NCBI GenBank assembly: GCA_964016885.1
Contig: OZ024740.1
Span: 90,644,001 to 90,708,000, forward strand
DNA: 64,000 nt
Direction of reading: 5' to 3'
Source of the DNA: Eledone cirrhosa
Taxonomy: Eukaryota
The notes under the pieces are model-generated. The model did not search any database, had not been told where the DNA came from, and saw only the letters and a list, made by a program, of their open reading frames with translations. Position numbers and translations under genes: made by a program. Below, in pieces: positions 45,560 to 59,947 of this stretch; within the stretch, counting starts at the first letter, position 1, and each line of letters opens with the position of its first letter.

Positions 45560-47190
45560 CGCATTCCTAGTTTTGTTGCCCCTGCAAATTAGTACGAAAC
45601 GATTGTCCATCTATGTACCACAGCTCAACATATCATGTACTTCATTTTCTACATGAATCACAGTAGAAGGCGAATGGAAATCCGACACATTCAGAGAAGA
45701 AATCAAGTCTTTCATTAAGCTAAGCTGGGTAGACCCAGACAGTGAAAGAGTAGGCATCAAGGATCTAAGAAATAAACTACGGGAACGTTGTTACATACAC
45801 TGATGAAGACGAGTGATGACAACGATCTGTTTATTGAAGGCATAATTTGATTCACCGGATCACGTTTAGGGGAACTGAATCCCGGTAGGCGAACCAACTC
45901 TAGAGATGACATGAAGGAGTTTTTGAGGGAGACCCACAATGACCAACACAGAAACCAAGCTGTGAGCACAAACCAACTCTATCAGTAGAGCTGGAACACC
46001 CAACGAAAAACTCAAACACAGAGGACCATTCTGCAGGGTAGTAAGAAAAGTACAAAAAAGCCAGAAGGGCATCTGCTCTTGACCTAAATGGTATGACTTA
46101 CAACATGTATAAGAAATGGTCATTCCTCCTTCAGAATGTGTTGGGGGGGGGGGGGGGGACTTCCTGGTGAAAGGGAACAATTCTATCGTGCTATTTTGTG
46201 TAAAAGAAAGCTTTTCAGTCAAAAGACAATTTCGAATGATCTAACTCTTACGTCTGTATGGCAGGATCTTCTACTAAGTACAGGAAAAAGGAATGACCTC
46301 ATACATGACTGAAAATAGGTGCATCAAAACCGAACTCAAAAAGTGTAGAATACCGGGTTTTCATAGATGTGTGGTACAAACTGGTGTCGGCAGCCAGATG
46401 GCCCGTGTGGCTAGAAAAAGCATAAGCGGGCTACAAGTTGTCTGGCTGCATTTAGCCAAAATGTATGTAGCAATCGCTCATGCAACACTATATCATTATC
46501 ATATCTCGTCGCATCAAGGAAACATCAGCAGCTACTTTGGAGGTTCCCTATTACGTTTCATGTCAGCTCATTTTATAAATTATGGGCAGGAACTGGAAAA
46601 AGGAATTGTAACTAGCTGCACATTTTCACCAATTCTCTTTATCATAGAAATTAACATTGAAAGATGTCTTTACCTGCATGGTCTGAGGCTGAGACAAATG
46701 TTGCTGCTAACCGTGTACGAGGACGCTATGCAAAGGATAAAGCGAGTGGAAAGGAAGATCAACAAATACATCAGACGGTGGTTGGCATTCCGTCCAAGCT
46801 TCACATCACTTGTCCTCTATATAAGATCAGGTCAAATTCAACATCACCTGTCATCTGTCGTGAAAAAAATTAAGGTGGCAAAGAAAAAAAATAACGATGA
46901 TGTTTAACAACTGACAGGATTAACAAGTCAGATATTCTATCACTATAAGACAAGGAAATAGACAGCTGCCGCTTCTGTCACACAAACAGAGAGCAGGTTG
47001 ATGCTACGTGATGTAATCGGAATAACATGCAAGGGAAGAGAAGGTCTTAGAACTTCCCATATACATCTATAGGGAAAAGTACACAAAATAAGAGGAAGTC
47101 TATGCTGTAGACGGAAGTGCTATACCAAGAGGTGCAAGGATGTAAATCAGAGGTTACCGAACTAGCATCCCAGGAAAGCTGTTCTTAATG
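45560..47190 (+). mobile_element. HERO-like RLE non-LTR retrotransposon RT fragment with internal deletions
   Basis: ORF 46293-46907: IPGFHRC, LQVVWLHLAKMY, LEKGIVTSCTFSPILF, ERKINKYIRRWL..LYIRSGQIQ; downstream ESRLMLRDVIG..GREGL. Confidence 0.75.
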
Positions 47191-48357
47191 CTTCATAATT
47201 GCAGAAATTATGTTTATCTTTGGTTTGCTCACATCTTTCAATCAGTACGTTCTTAGACATCGGAAACGATTTTGGCCAGCTCTAAATCAAGAAATGCTTC
47301 ATTTGAAATCTGGAAATTTGATTCACAATAAAATATTATATTTTGATTTATTTCAAAACGATTAAATGATAAGATTTCAAATGATAACCATCATAAATAA
47401 CCGAAGTATTTTCCATTGCTAAATCTAGGTAGCTGAGCTGAATGTATAGGAATTCATATTATTAATGTATACGTTGTAGAATTTCAACTGAACATGTATA
47501 GTCATTTACATATGTGCAATATACACTTTAGTCAACATTGTACATTGTCTAAAGGACAATAATTTGAATTGCTTTCTAATGATGATACCATCATTTTTTA
47601 TGGCTTTAACTCACATGAAGCCAATTTATCTGCAGAAATTTCATTCCGTTCAAACAATCAACAGATTGTATTTAATTGTCTATAATATACAAGCCGTGCA
47701 TATTCGCATTTGTTAATTACTAGTCATTAGTACATTTGTGTATGTGTTGTTGTGTACGTGCACTGACTCTTGACTAAGAACAATCAAAATAGATTGAATA
47801 TAAAGTCAAACTACATTTATATCGTTTCAAATAAAATCAGTAATATATCATCCGATATATTAATAGACCATTATTATTAGCGATGTAGTCAGAAGGTTGA
47901 TGCATTTGAAATATTGTATAGTGGTGGATTTTAGGTTAAATATGCATTAAGGATTTCAAGATACTGTAGGGCTGTGTAATAGTTTATCATAAATTTTGTG
48001 TAATTTAAATATGATCTCATTTAAAAGAGGGCATATTCTCAGCACTCTATAAATATTATCCGTTTCTAAATAATTGCCTACTCACAAATATACCTCCTAC
48101 CATCAAATTCATCACCCTCGATTAAATGCATACAGATGGGCACCATATTCAATGCTCCGACAACCACAGCAGCTTGTGTTTTCAAATACGCAGGTGCATA
48201 TGCTCCCGAACATTATGGTTGCGGCACTCCTGGCAAGAAAGACAGAGAGTACTGAGAATGTTGATCATGTACAAATAGGAAAGTGTGTATATAAAAGCAC
48301 ACACACGCAAATACTCACACACACATACATATATATATATATGAGTGTGTGTTTGAG

Positions 48358-48395
<38 letters not shown>

Positions 48396-49351
48396 GGCGT
48401 GTGTGTGTGTTTGCATGTGTGTACCTTCGTGTGTGTCTGTGTATATATGAATGTTTGTATCAATATAACAAGAGAGGAAACCTAGAAAATTGATGTAATT
48501 ATTACCTTTGAAATCTTCATAACGTCACATTAGATTTCAGAGCTAGGCCCATATTGGAAATGCAGTCCTTAAAAGTCAGCTCTTCTTCATGCAAGAAAGT
48601 GCAAGTAATCTAAATAACTGGTGTAGGATACCGTAGGAAAATTTGACGGGTATAGCAACAACAATATTACATTCCTTTTTAAATAGTCGAAAGGAAACAC
48701 CTTTTGTAATCTCTACTTGATATATAGCACGGGATTTGAAAAAAATTATTTAAGTGGTACCTCAGTCTTTCAATTTCCAAACTTGATTATCAGGGGCAAT
48801 AACTTTCTTTACTGCATGTTGTCTAAGGAACGAGATGTGTAAGGATATTTATGGCTTGAATTTGTCATTCACCATATTTTAATGATCATGGCTAGCCTAA
48901 ACATACCATAACTTTGGCTTTATATGATATGGACGTAATTATTAAAGTTTGATTGCAGCATACATTAATCTTTCAAAGACATCTTAGATCGTTTTCGGTT
49001 TCTCGTCTTCTGTTATAGATTTGTTATACGTGCCTTGGGTTGGAAAATGTTCCTTTTTTTGGGGTCTAAGAAATGTTTATGTTAGTGTTTACGTTCAAAA
49101 AATAAGGTGTCAACTTAATTATACTTATATTCCTTTTATTAGGTCAAAGGTAGACATATAGTCAATTTACATTTGAAGCCGGTTTCTAGTAAAGCCCTAT
49201 TGTATGAACACTATCCATAAAATATGATTTCTTAGAAATCTAACAATTAATACTAGGAACTAATTTCTTAAAAGCTACATGAGATGGCAGAAAACTAATT
49301 TATACACATTTCTTTTCTTCATCATGATCATAAAGATATCTATAATCGATG

Positions 49352-49476
49352 TTTTTATCGACCCCGTAGGGATGAAAGGCAAAGTTAACCGTGGCGGGAT
49401 TTGAACTCAAATCATAAAGGGCTGTAACTCGATGTTGCAAAGCATGGCACCCGACTCCCTACCGATACTGCCAATC
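49352..49476 (-). mobile_element. SINE copy
   Basis: atcgaccccgtagggatgaaaggcaaag..gatttgaactc. Confidence 0.9.
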
Positions 49477-50234
49477 GATTATCACGTTTAGGAAATTAGC
49501 ATTTGGGAATATAGTGATACTTAGTCCTAGTTTACGAAAGGTACTAATTAAATCTGTAGGGATCATATCTCATATATAGCCTGCGCAAATGTTCACCCTC
49601 TATGTATAAACCACATTTTATCCTCATGTGTATGATGAATACTTAACCAAACCAAGTCTTTATATCCGATTTGTCATACGACAATATTGAGACATCGAAT
49701 GAATCGTCTGTTTCAGATGCAAATTGTTATTCTAGTGTACAAAAAAAAAGGTATTTTATTATTGATGCATACATTAAAATATCTTTAAATATTTGTACTA
49801 TCTAGTATTATTTCAGTTCAATCTTCGTACAAACAACTATCATCAGCTGGGCTTCTTAGAAATGTCCCAAAGCATCACATTTATAGAAAGCTTTTGAAGG
49901 ATAATCAAACAAATAAAATCTTATAGGAAGATTTTTCGATATATCTTAGCATTTATATCAAGTAGATAACGATAGATAGAATCAAGATATACTAAATAAA
50001 ATCACAAATAAATGAGTGAATGCTGGATTAAATAATATTATGTTATTAAGAATATTCCTAAAGATATGAAAAATGACAAAATTGTAGCATACCTAGATAC
50101 ACCTGATTAAATTAGACATGCCATATTTTCGGTGTACGAATTTTAATAATATATATAAATTCGTCTTTAAGTACGTGTGTGTGTGTTTGTGTGTGTGTGC
50201 GTGAGTGAGTTAGTGTGTGTATGTGTGGGTGTGG

Positions 50235-50266
<32 letters not shown>

Positions 50267-50599
50267 GTTTGTTTCTGTGTGTGTGTATGTGTGAGTGTTT
50301 GAAATGTAGACTCATCGATAATAGACATAATCATCGGTCACTATATGGCACAATGAAGAAAACGCATAAAGTATCTCTAAATATGGTACGCTGTGATATT
50401 TTATATCCATAAACATATATGTAGGTATGGTATATATTTATTTCTGTTATATTGATAAAACAAATTAACATATAGAAAATGATGAATTAAAATGTTCATC
50501 GTTGTTTAATCCTGCGTTGTCAAATACATGTATTTCCCCACAAACACTCGCGTCTTTACGTACCATAATATGTAACTTTAAAAAAATGTTATATAACAG

Positions 50600-51960
50600 G
50601 TAACTCCATATTGCCATTCGGTGTGACTCAAACTCCGCAATTCCATACAGGGCCACACTAGCTCCACTGTGCCCTAGATCTGAAGTGCCTCTTTTTCTCA
50701 TTCTATCTTCGATATTGCATTACTACGACATCCTAGTTCCATATTTCCATGAGGTGTTACTAAAGCTTCCCAGTGATAAAGTGTGCCAGGCTAGGGTGCG
50801 ACAATGCCATAGTGCGGCACCATAGATTCAAAGTGTCATATTTTTCCACATTATCTCCCCATTTGCATAGAGGGTAATCCTAGCTCCATACCCCCACACT
50901 GTGCCACTCAAATTCCCCAATATCATACGATGCTACCCTAGGTCAACTGTGCCATACTGCGACACCATAGCTCCGAAATGTTATATATGTTGACCCTAGC
51001 TCCCCATTGCCATCCTGTGAAACCTTAGTTCCACATTTCCATACTGTGTCATCCTGGCTACCCATTTACAACGTATTCAAGCCTAGCTCCGCAGTGCCAT
51101 GTTGCACCACCCTAGCTTCAAAGTGCAATATTTTGCGATCTATCTCCCCATTTCCATAGGGATTCTCGATAGATTCATAATCTGTCACTAAAGCTCTCCA
51201 GTACCATAATGTACCACCCTAACTCCGCTGTGCCATACTGCGGCACCCTAGCTCCGAAGTGCCGCATTTTTCGAATCTATTTTGTCATTGCCATACAGCA
51301 ACATCCTAGTTCCTTATTTCCATACACTGTCGCTCAAGTATTCCAGTGCCATAATGTGACAGTCTAGCTCCGCAATGTCACACTGCGCAACCCTAGTTTC
51401 AAAGTACCATATTTTGCTACACATATTCCCATTGCCATAGGCTTTCATCATATTTCCATATTTCTATTTGGTGTTAGTGAAAGTCCAAATTCTCATAGTG
51501 TACCACCCAAGCCCCTCAGTGCCATACTGCGGCTGCCTAGCTTCAAACTGCCATATTTTCTTACAACATCTCTCCATTACCATAGGGGCTACTAAAGCTC
51601 AATATCTCATTACTGTGTAACGTTATCTTCCCTGTTCCATACTGTGATACCCCAGTTCAGCAGTGCTTAGCTTCAAAATACAGTAATTTGCCACCCCACT
51701 GCCGTTCAGCGACATTCTAGTTCCATATTTCCATAATGCGTCACTCAAGCTCTCATTGCCAGAATGTACCAGCCTAGCTCCGCTATGCCATAGTTCGGAA
51801 CCCTAGCTCCGAAGTGCCTTTTTCTGTCACCCCATTTCCCCATTTCCATACAGCGATATGCTTGTTCCATATTTAAATATGACATCACTCAATCATCTCT
51901 GTGTCATCGTGTAAAACCCTTGCCTCGCAGTGCATAATGCGGCGCCCTAGCTCCGAGTTG
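50600..51960. repeat. Diverged 29-bp minisatellite with ~145-bp higher-order period
   Basis: Monomer ~cctagctccgcagtgccatactgcggcac; marker motif recurs at ~50806, 50950, 51094, 51230, 51375, 51519, 51786, 51930. Confidence 0.85.
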
Positions 51961-52093
51961 CAAAAGTTGAAACGGTGTTTGAGTCTTTTTCCGTAGAAAT
52001 TTCACCATCCCACTTCCTTAGTTTTAAATCATTCATTTCAATTTGACTGATACGCGGACGGACATGATTTTATGTGTTTCTAATGTAGGTTAT

Positions 52094-52139
<46 letters not shown>

Positions 52140-52142
<3 letters not shown>

Positions 52143-52436
52143 TGTTATGCTTTGGGAGTGTCATGTTGCAAATAAGAATAACACGGACCAGTTGGTTTCA
52201 CTCAAATTTATTAATAATTAAATTTATAAATTTAAGAATTTATAAATTTCCGGTTGGTTGGTTGGTTCCACAACTGGACGGTTGTTCATATTTTGTCAAA
52301 GTTATTTCGTCACACATTCTGTGACCTCTTCAGTATGTTTCTTATTGGCAACCAACATAACCCTCCCAAAGCATAAAAATATCGGTTTCCACACACGTTT
52401 TCAGATAAAGAATCTTGCTAAACAAATTCAGAAACG

Positions 52437-52440
<4 letters not shown>
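52140..52440. mobile_element. Short fold-back pLTR element related to the 56941-59900 PLE termini; HHR-like 52287-52337(-)
   Basis: ttatgctttgggag.gtcatgttg / caacataaccctcccaaagcataa; cata CTGAAGA ggtcaca..tgtgac GAAA..tatg with stem III and NUH damaged; remnant also at 52757-52808. Confidence 0.7.
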
Positions 52441-52760
<320 letters not shown>

Positions 52761-52801
52761 CGTTTCTGAATTTGTTTAGCAACATGACCCTCCCAAAGTA
52801 T

Positions 52802-52912
<111 letters not shown>

Positions 52913-53434
52913 CAATTAGTTACTTAATGTGTTGATTATTCAAAACATTTAGTTCATAAAAGTTCAGAAGCACTTAACAGTTTCTTCAAGAGTATAATAT
53001 CAATAATATTAATAAATGGAAACTTTCTTTATAAAACCATATTTATTTTATTATATATATTTCATGGCTACCAACATTTTAGTAGGCCCTTATCAGATGA
53101 AATACGAAAGTTGGTTTACAGATAGTGACATATTCAAACTAGAACTTAATGTTGTGTGTTCTACTTGAATAGTGAAGAACAACTTCAAATCACAAGATGA
53201 ATGTGCCAATGAGGATAATTATTACGATTTATTTTCATAAGAAAGGGAAACAGAGTTTATTATTAGGTTGGAAGAACATTTAAGGAAATATTTTAAGAAA
53301 AAAATATCTTATTAACAGACTATTTATAAGAATATACGTACATAATTGTACCGAGCATATTCGTGAGGGTGTAGAGAGATGAAAGAATGAAATAAAGATC
53401 CGCAGGCATGGTATACATTTCCAATCATTTTAAA

Positions 53435-53506
53435 CACGACACATGTTTCAATAAGAAATAGATCGATCCCGTAGACATGATCGATTATCACTGATCTCGT
53501 CAGGTG
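53435..53506 (-). ncRNA. Type-I hammerhead ribozyme (inverted pLTR copy)
   Basis: cac CTGACGA ..atcgatc/gatcgat.. GAAA catgtg TC gtg. Confidence 0.8.
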
Positions 53507-56500
53507 AAAATGAATTGTCTTCAATTCCTTGATATGAGAGAGAAAATTAACGGTGTTCACTCACAGTGTTTAGTCCCCCATATGAAGATCAAGCAGTCAG
53601 AACACGGCGACTGCTATCGTCCTCAGTTAGGGTCATAAAACTATAAGTTTCTATCTCCCAATAGCTGTCAAAGACGCTGGACATCAATCAAATCTGTAGA
53701 ATTACAGTCGGTCACAGTTAATGTGAGTGGGTACATTAGGACTCTTCCAACCCTACCACAAACTCAACGAAAATCTAAATTATGTCAATGCAAAATCGAA
53801 CGACCCTAGAATAGTCACTAACGGAATTACCAAAAGCGTCTATAGTAGAATTTCAGGACTATCTTCCAATGAAGAAACCTTTGATAGGATATCGAATTAC
53901 TATAATAGCGCCCTGGAACGCGCGGGGCATAACGAGGGAATTTCATTCAAACGTCCATTAAATAGTAGTAGCAACATTGCCTGCGATAGCTTAGGCCAAA
54001 CTAGTGACACTTTAGTTAACAGCAGACGGGATGCGAGGGAGGATCAATATAGACTTTATGTTGTATTGCCTCCTAGTCCCAATGTCGATGGTACCAAGGG
54101 AACCAATAACCCAGGTACAAACCGGGGTTTGAGCACCTTAATGCCAGCGGAAACTCTAATTGTTACCTTAATTGTAGAACTGATAAAACAACCGTTGAAC
54201 GTAAAATGGAACGAGGGCCGGGTAGAGGGAATAGGGATAGATGTAGCAAGCGTATAGTGGATATAATCCCGGTTATCTAGGGTAATCCCAATGGCTGCAC
54301 GGGGGGTATACCGCCCCGGAGACATGGGACGATTACGAACAAAATCGGGACACCCCAGGAAACCATTTCACCCACAGGCAATTTTTCAGTTATAATAGAC
54401 CAGTAGCTAATAGGGAGATAGGTAACTCTAGTATGGATAGCAAGAACAAGAGGCATCGGACCAGAAAAATCCTGTGGTATAACCCCCCTTACTCCACTGA
54501 CCTGACCACTAGTATAGCTAAGCTTTTCTTTAGGGCCTTAGACAAATGCTTCTCTAGATCACACAAATACTATACAATATTCAATAGGTATACCATTAAG
54601 CTGTCCTACTCCACAACCAGTAACATAGCTCAGAATATAGCTAAGAAGAATTATAGTAGACTTAGGACAGCTCAAAGGGGATGAGACATGGCAGAACTAA
54701 TGGCAGCTCTATGGATGAACGAACTCATACACGTGAGGTGAGTCAGGTCACCCCAACTCCTGGGAACTTACCCATAGAGCAGACAAGAACTGAGACCCGA
54801 CCCCAGAGGTACCGTGGTTCCTCTGGGACTACCCAGGCCGATAGTAGAACATGTAATTGCAGGGATACCGCCATTTGCCCCTTGGCTGGGAAATGCCTCA
54901 CTAAAAACATAGTCTACGACTGTAAGGTCTCCACTTTACATAGAACCTTTAGGTATTTGGGGCAACTGCCACTGCATTTTAGGATATATGGTATAATAAC
55001 CGCCATACCTTTAATAGATTAGATAGCACGGCGCTTTCTGAATTAGTCTGGATGCTTAAACAATAGAATATAGAGCACTCCTTATCCTGGTCCATAATTT
55101 TCTCAGCCCAGCCAGAAAACGGCAGCACTGGCGTTTATAATTTGTGTATAGCTGAAACGTTTAATATTATTATAGGCGGCCCCCAATTAATTAATAGGAG
55201 AGTGGACCTTTTCATCAACTGCCAACATAGAACCTCGAAAACCTTCCGTTGAATTTTTGGAAAGTAACCTACCACAAACTCCTCCCTTTTGGAAAGTAAC
55301 TTACCACTAACTCTATACCTTAGCCATAGAATTATCTCAATTAGCAAAAACCAGACAATCACACACTCAGGTAGTTAGACAGCGAAGATCGTTTACGCAC
55401 TCACAAACGGTACTCGGTCCGTTTCCACAGAGTTCTCACAGCTGAGTGCACATTAGAGTACCTAGTTAGTAAATAGATAAAAAGATTACACGCTCGGGTA
55501 AGACCGATGACGCACATTCACCATTACCTTAGGATACCCTAACACACTGAGTTCTCTCGGTTAGGATATAGCTAGGCGTATTACACACTCAGTTAAGACA
55601 TATTGCGCTATCTATACATAACTCTACACACAGTACCCGATTTCTTTCGACACTGAGTTCCCACAGTTATTACTTGTCACGTTCCTATCGATTGAACACT
55701 ACACTAGGTTTTGATCCGTGATCATCTAACCATCGAGTGCTCACAGTTACAGATTGGAAAATAATACTTACACACCATTAATGGGCCTACACACATTCTC
55801 TGGGTTTTGCTATTATTTGTTATTTTATTTTGCCATTTATGTTGGATAACACACCTTCCACCACTCAAACACCTATCTTAAAAGCCCAAGGGCCCATATG
55901 ACGGAAACATCGCACATACTGACACCTTAACCCAAAATCCCAACCCTACACAGAGCCCCTTGGTGGCCTACATAGTGGTTGCTTGCACGCACAGATTTGG
56001 GGACTCAGATTCTCAATGGGACAACGGCACATACTGAGTTCGATATGAGCTGACTACTTGCTCTTCACAGAGACGTGTATATACCTAAACATACACTTTT
56101 TTGGACGATACGGATGTGTATATACCATAACATACACTATTTAGAGCTACCGATGTTACAATTCAATCTATACACGTATAGCAGATCATTGAACTGAACT
56201 TACTTGCGTGTTTATAGGGTTGCGGTTGACCCATTTTTTCCAATTTACATCGTCAAATTGAGATTTGACCAATATAACATTTGTTGTTTTATGAACCAAC
56301 TTTCGGTGAATACTATGTTGGTATATTTGTATTTTTCTTTTTTTCTTTAACCTCGTGTCGGTGGGTGTGGGTGTGTGTGTGTGCATTCACTCACAATAAC
56401 TGTGACCGTCTATAGTTCTACAGATTTGATGCTGTGTTCGTATGTGTATATATATATGTTTTTCTTTGACCTAGAGTCAAGTATGTGTGATTGTGTTTAC

Positions 56501-56674
56501 CCACTCACATTAACTGTGACCGACTGATAGACATTTGATAGTTTTATGACCCTAAATGTGGACGATAGCAGTTGCCGTGTTCTGACTGATTGATCTTCAT
56601 ATGAGGGACTAAACTCTGTGAGTGAACACCGTTAATTTTCTCCCTCATATCAAGGAATTGAAGACAATTCATTT

Positions 56675-56748
56675 TCACCTGACGAGATCAGTGATAATCG
56701 ATCATGGCAAGAGGATCGATGTATCTCTTATTGAAACATGTGTCGTGA
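56675..56748 (+). ncRNA. Type-I hammerhead ribozyme with GUC cleavage triplet
   Basis: tcac CTGACGA [long stem II] GAAA catgtg TC gtga. Confidence 0.82.
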
Positions 56749-56940
56749 TTAAAATGATTGGACATTTATACCATGGATTCGGATGTTTATTTTGATACAA
56801 ATACTCCGTTTTACATCATCTACCTGTTCCCATAAATGGAATTGGAGATATACAAAAGCATGGAGAATTTAATATTGCTAACAAAAATGTCATTGGACCG
56901 CTTGACACAACCAATAATACACCTTACTATATATATATAT

Positions 56941-59900
56941 TGTTATGCTTGGGGAGGGTCATATTGTTGTAATAATATTGCCAGAATCAATAACAGAACA
57001 CACTCACTGTTTGGTTGGTTTTCGCTTCTCTATCTTTTATATCAGTTAATTCATTCGGTCCTCAATGTTTACCATTGAATGACCAACGGTCAAAAATACA
57101 GATATTATATAGACACAAACACATATATAAATATATAGTCTAAAAAAGTTCTTACCTTGAACATCTGCAACATCGTCAGTGGTGCTATTATGTCCCTTAT
57201 GTTGTATTGTATATCTACGCCATCTTTTTTTTATGTGTTTATTTATTTACTTATTTATTTTTTGTCTTCTCTGCCCATGCGTTTGCGTGTGTGTATATTG
57301 TTCGCATTTGGGCGACTGTATTTTGGTTATTGTATTATATATTAGTTTACTAGTGTGTGTTTATATGTGTTTGTTGTTATTGTGCTTGTGTATATATTTA
57401 TTTATATTTCTCTTAAGTCAGTATTGTTTGTTTGGGTGTTGTTATTATTCAATTCATTTTTTTCTATTTAGCTTTGGTCTTCTTATTTCTATTTCGCTGG
57501 CCTCTCTGATTTGCCTATCTGCTGGGTCATTTCTATGTTTAGATATTATTTTAATGTCTATGCTGTCTATGTTACCGTCATGTTGTTGTCTGGCGTGTTC
57601 ATATAATAGTGAATCGTTTTTTCGTCCTTTTAGTTACCCCAGTGTTGGTCTATCCTTTCACCTATGCTACAAGCTGTCTCGCCTATGTATGTTGTTGTCA
57701 TGTTTCTGCATGTACCCTCTGCACACCTTATGCTATAGACTACGTTTCTAGTTTTACTTTACATATAATATATTTCCTATTAGTACAGTGGGTTTTCTTA
57801 AAAGGGTATGTTTTGCTGATCTGGGATTTTATGGTATTTCCTGGCTTTTTTACCACCTTAAACTTTAAGTGGGTCGTACTCAGGGCCTTTCTACACTGGT
57901 TAGCTAATTTCCCTCCAGGGGTAGCTTCCACGAACATGATGCTATGGTATCTCTGGTTGTCGTACCATGAGGTATCGTTCCCTATATTTTGTTTAGAACT
58001 ATCTAAGATATTCCATGATTTGCTCCTGTATAATGGGCAAATTCCTTTCATATCCAGTTCTATGAGGGTCTTATACTTCTCCGTGGCTCCTTCGTATACT
58101 CTGATTCTCTATCTTTGGTTGTAGCCAGAGAAATGCATGCGGTTAATGAAGTGTTTGATGTGTCGTTCCATTTCTGTTGGGTCGCATATGCGGGACACGT
58201 TCTTCATCACTCATACCATGCCTGCGATCATAATATTAAACTTAGCACTACTGGACATTGATGAGTTTTTGAGTATCAGGTATTTGGAATCCAAGGGTTT
58301 AGCGTAGTGTGAGTGGAGAATTTGGTCCCTCACGCCTATTGTCTTAATCCAGAGTTCCGTGTCTAATACATGTAGTCTATTGTTATGGTGTTTGGAAGGG
58401 TAGTCGATAGTTACAGTTATACTCTGGGGTATGGAATCTGCTGGATGCTTTCCATTGTGCTGCATTCTAAATCATACTTCTTAGTACTCTTTTGTGCGGG
58501 TTTTCTTATTACTGTGTTAGTAGCGTCTACGTAACGAGAGTACATAATGAAGTCTATGGAGGTCTCATCAAGGAGATATTTGAGTCTCCTTTCCCACCAT
58601 AACATAGAAAGTTTGGCAACGTCACCAGCTATGCGGACGCCAATCGCCGCTCCCTTATTTTGGGTGTAGATCTTCTCGTTGAATTTGTATATGTGGCCCT
58701 TTAGGGTAGTTTTAATATTAGCCCCTATTGCATGTGCGACCATTCTTCTTACGTGATCATTGTCTTCGGGGGTCCGTATGGTTTTGGTTCACCCATCCAC
58801 CTTGCCATGGGAGTCTTTTTCGCCATTGAGGTTATGGTGGGGGGTGGTCTACTTCTTATGGGTCTACTGGTGCAGAAACGTCTAAGGTCATGGCTGTCTA
58901 GGTAGTCAGTGTCATAGGTAAGTCTAAGTAGGAGGCCCAGTTCATCTGTGTCGAGGTTGCAGAACTCCACCTCACTCTCACTGACCATCTCCAATCATTT
59001 TCCCACGGCAAAATCATTGTTAATGGATGGGGATAGTGATACCACGTCCATACCGTCTATTATGCAGTTATATAGGTTTTTGTTTTTGTTGCATTCATTG
59101 ATTCTGCTGAGGAGGTCCTCTGTACTGTCATATACATCTGGGAACATCTTGAGTCTGGAACGTATAACCATTGAGTGAATGTAGGAGATCCTGTAGTTGC
59201 TAGCGACATTTCACCGTATACAGGTCTTGTTGGTGGTCCTGTTCTCGGGTCGTCGACATCTTATGGTCTTTGCGGAGCCCATACAAGGGTGGTATGTCAT
59301 TGTTAGACGCCTGGAAGACGTTGGCAGTGCCTCTGCTTGGCATTAGGATGTCGGTCCACGTCAACATGCGAGCGTTGAGGATCTTCTCTCTCCTCTCATG
59401 TATTTGCTGTGTAATTTTGCTCGTCTTGGTGATGTGGGTTTGCATAGCCTTGATGTTGTTCAGCATGCTGTCTATTGACATACTACCAGACTTATCTGTG
59501 GGTATACATAATACCTCACCTTCCCTTTTTCGCTGCTTGAGGCTAACTAAGGCTTCTACAGGTTTCCTCCCGAGATGTTGGACATCTGGTCTGCTTTGTC
59601 TCTTAGTATATCCGTCTACTGTTTTGTCATCTATTTGTTGTGGTATACAAACCTTTTTATTAAAGGGTAAACTCGGAGAATAAATTTTACTCATTTGATA
59701 TGTTTTGTCAGCTGGAATGAAGAATAGTTTCTCTAAAGGGTTGTCATTATGTCTATCGTCATAGTTGTGTGTTTTGATATTATTGTTATTATGGTTCTTG
59801 TTATAAATTCTGTCAATATTATTACAACAATATGCCCTCCCCAAGTATAACAATATGTGTTTCGACGCAAGATTTCATATCAAAAGCCACGAAAAGCAAA
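56941..59900 (-). mobile_element. Divergent PLE (RT + GIY-YIG), disrupted, with inverted termini
   Basis: PPLYGLRKDHK, GAAIGVRIAGDVA, YSRYVD, LHVLD, HYAKP, FVEATPGGKLA, TYIGETACSIGERIDQH; 56941-57000 inverted at ~59795-59853. Confidence 0.85.
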
Positions 59901-59947
59901 TATATATATATATATTTAAAAGAATAGAGGTGTAACACACAAGTTAT

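Larger units (their letters stand above)
53390..56795 (+). mobile_element. Hydra-clade PLE, 5'-truncated, with an inverted pLTR at the 5' end
   Basis: QPYHK..LNYVN..RISGLSSNEETF, WYNPPYS..IKLSYST, CNCRDTAICPLAGKC (CxCx5Cx5C); 53390-53728 is the reverse complement of ~56503-56792. Confidence 0.9.

Noticed and set aside
50600-51960. 29-bp periodic array as a CRISPR array
   Set aside because: Contiguous diverged monomers with no unique spacers, no cas genes and a eukaryotic context.
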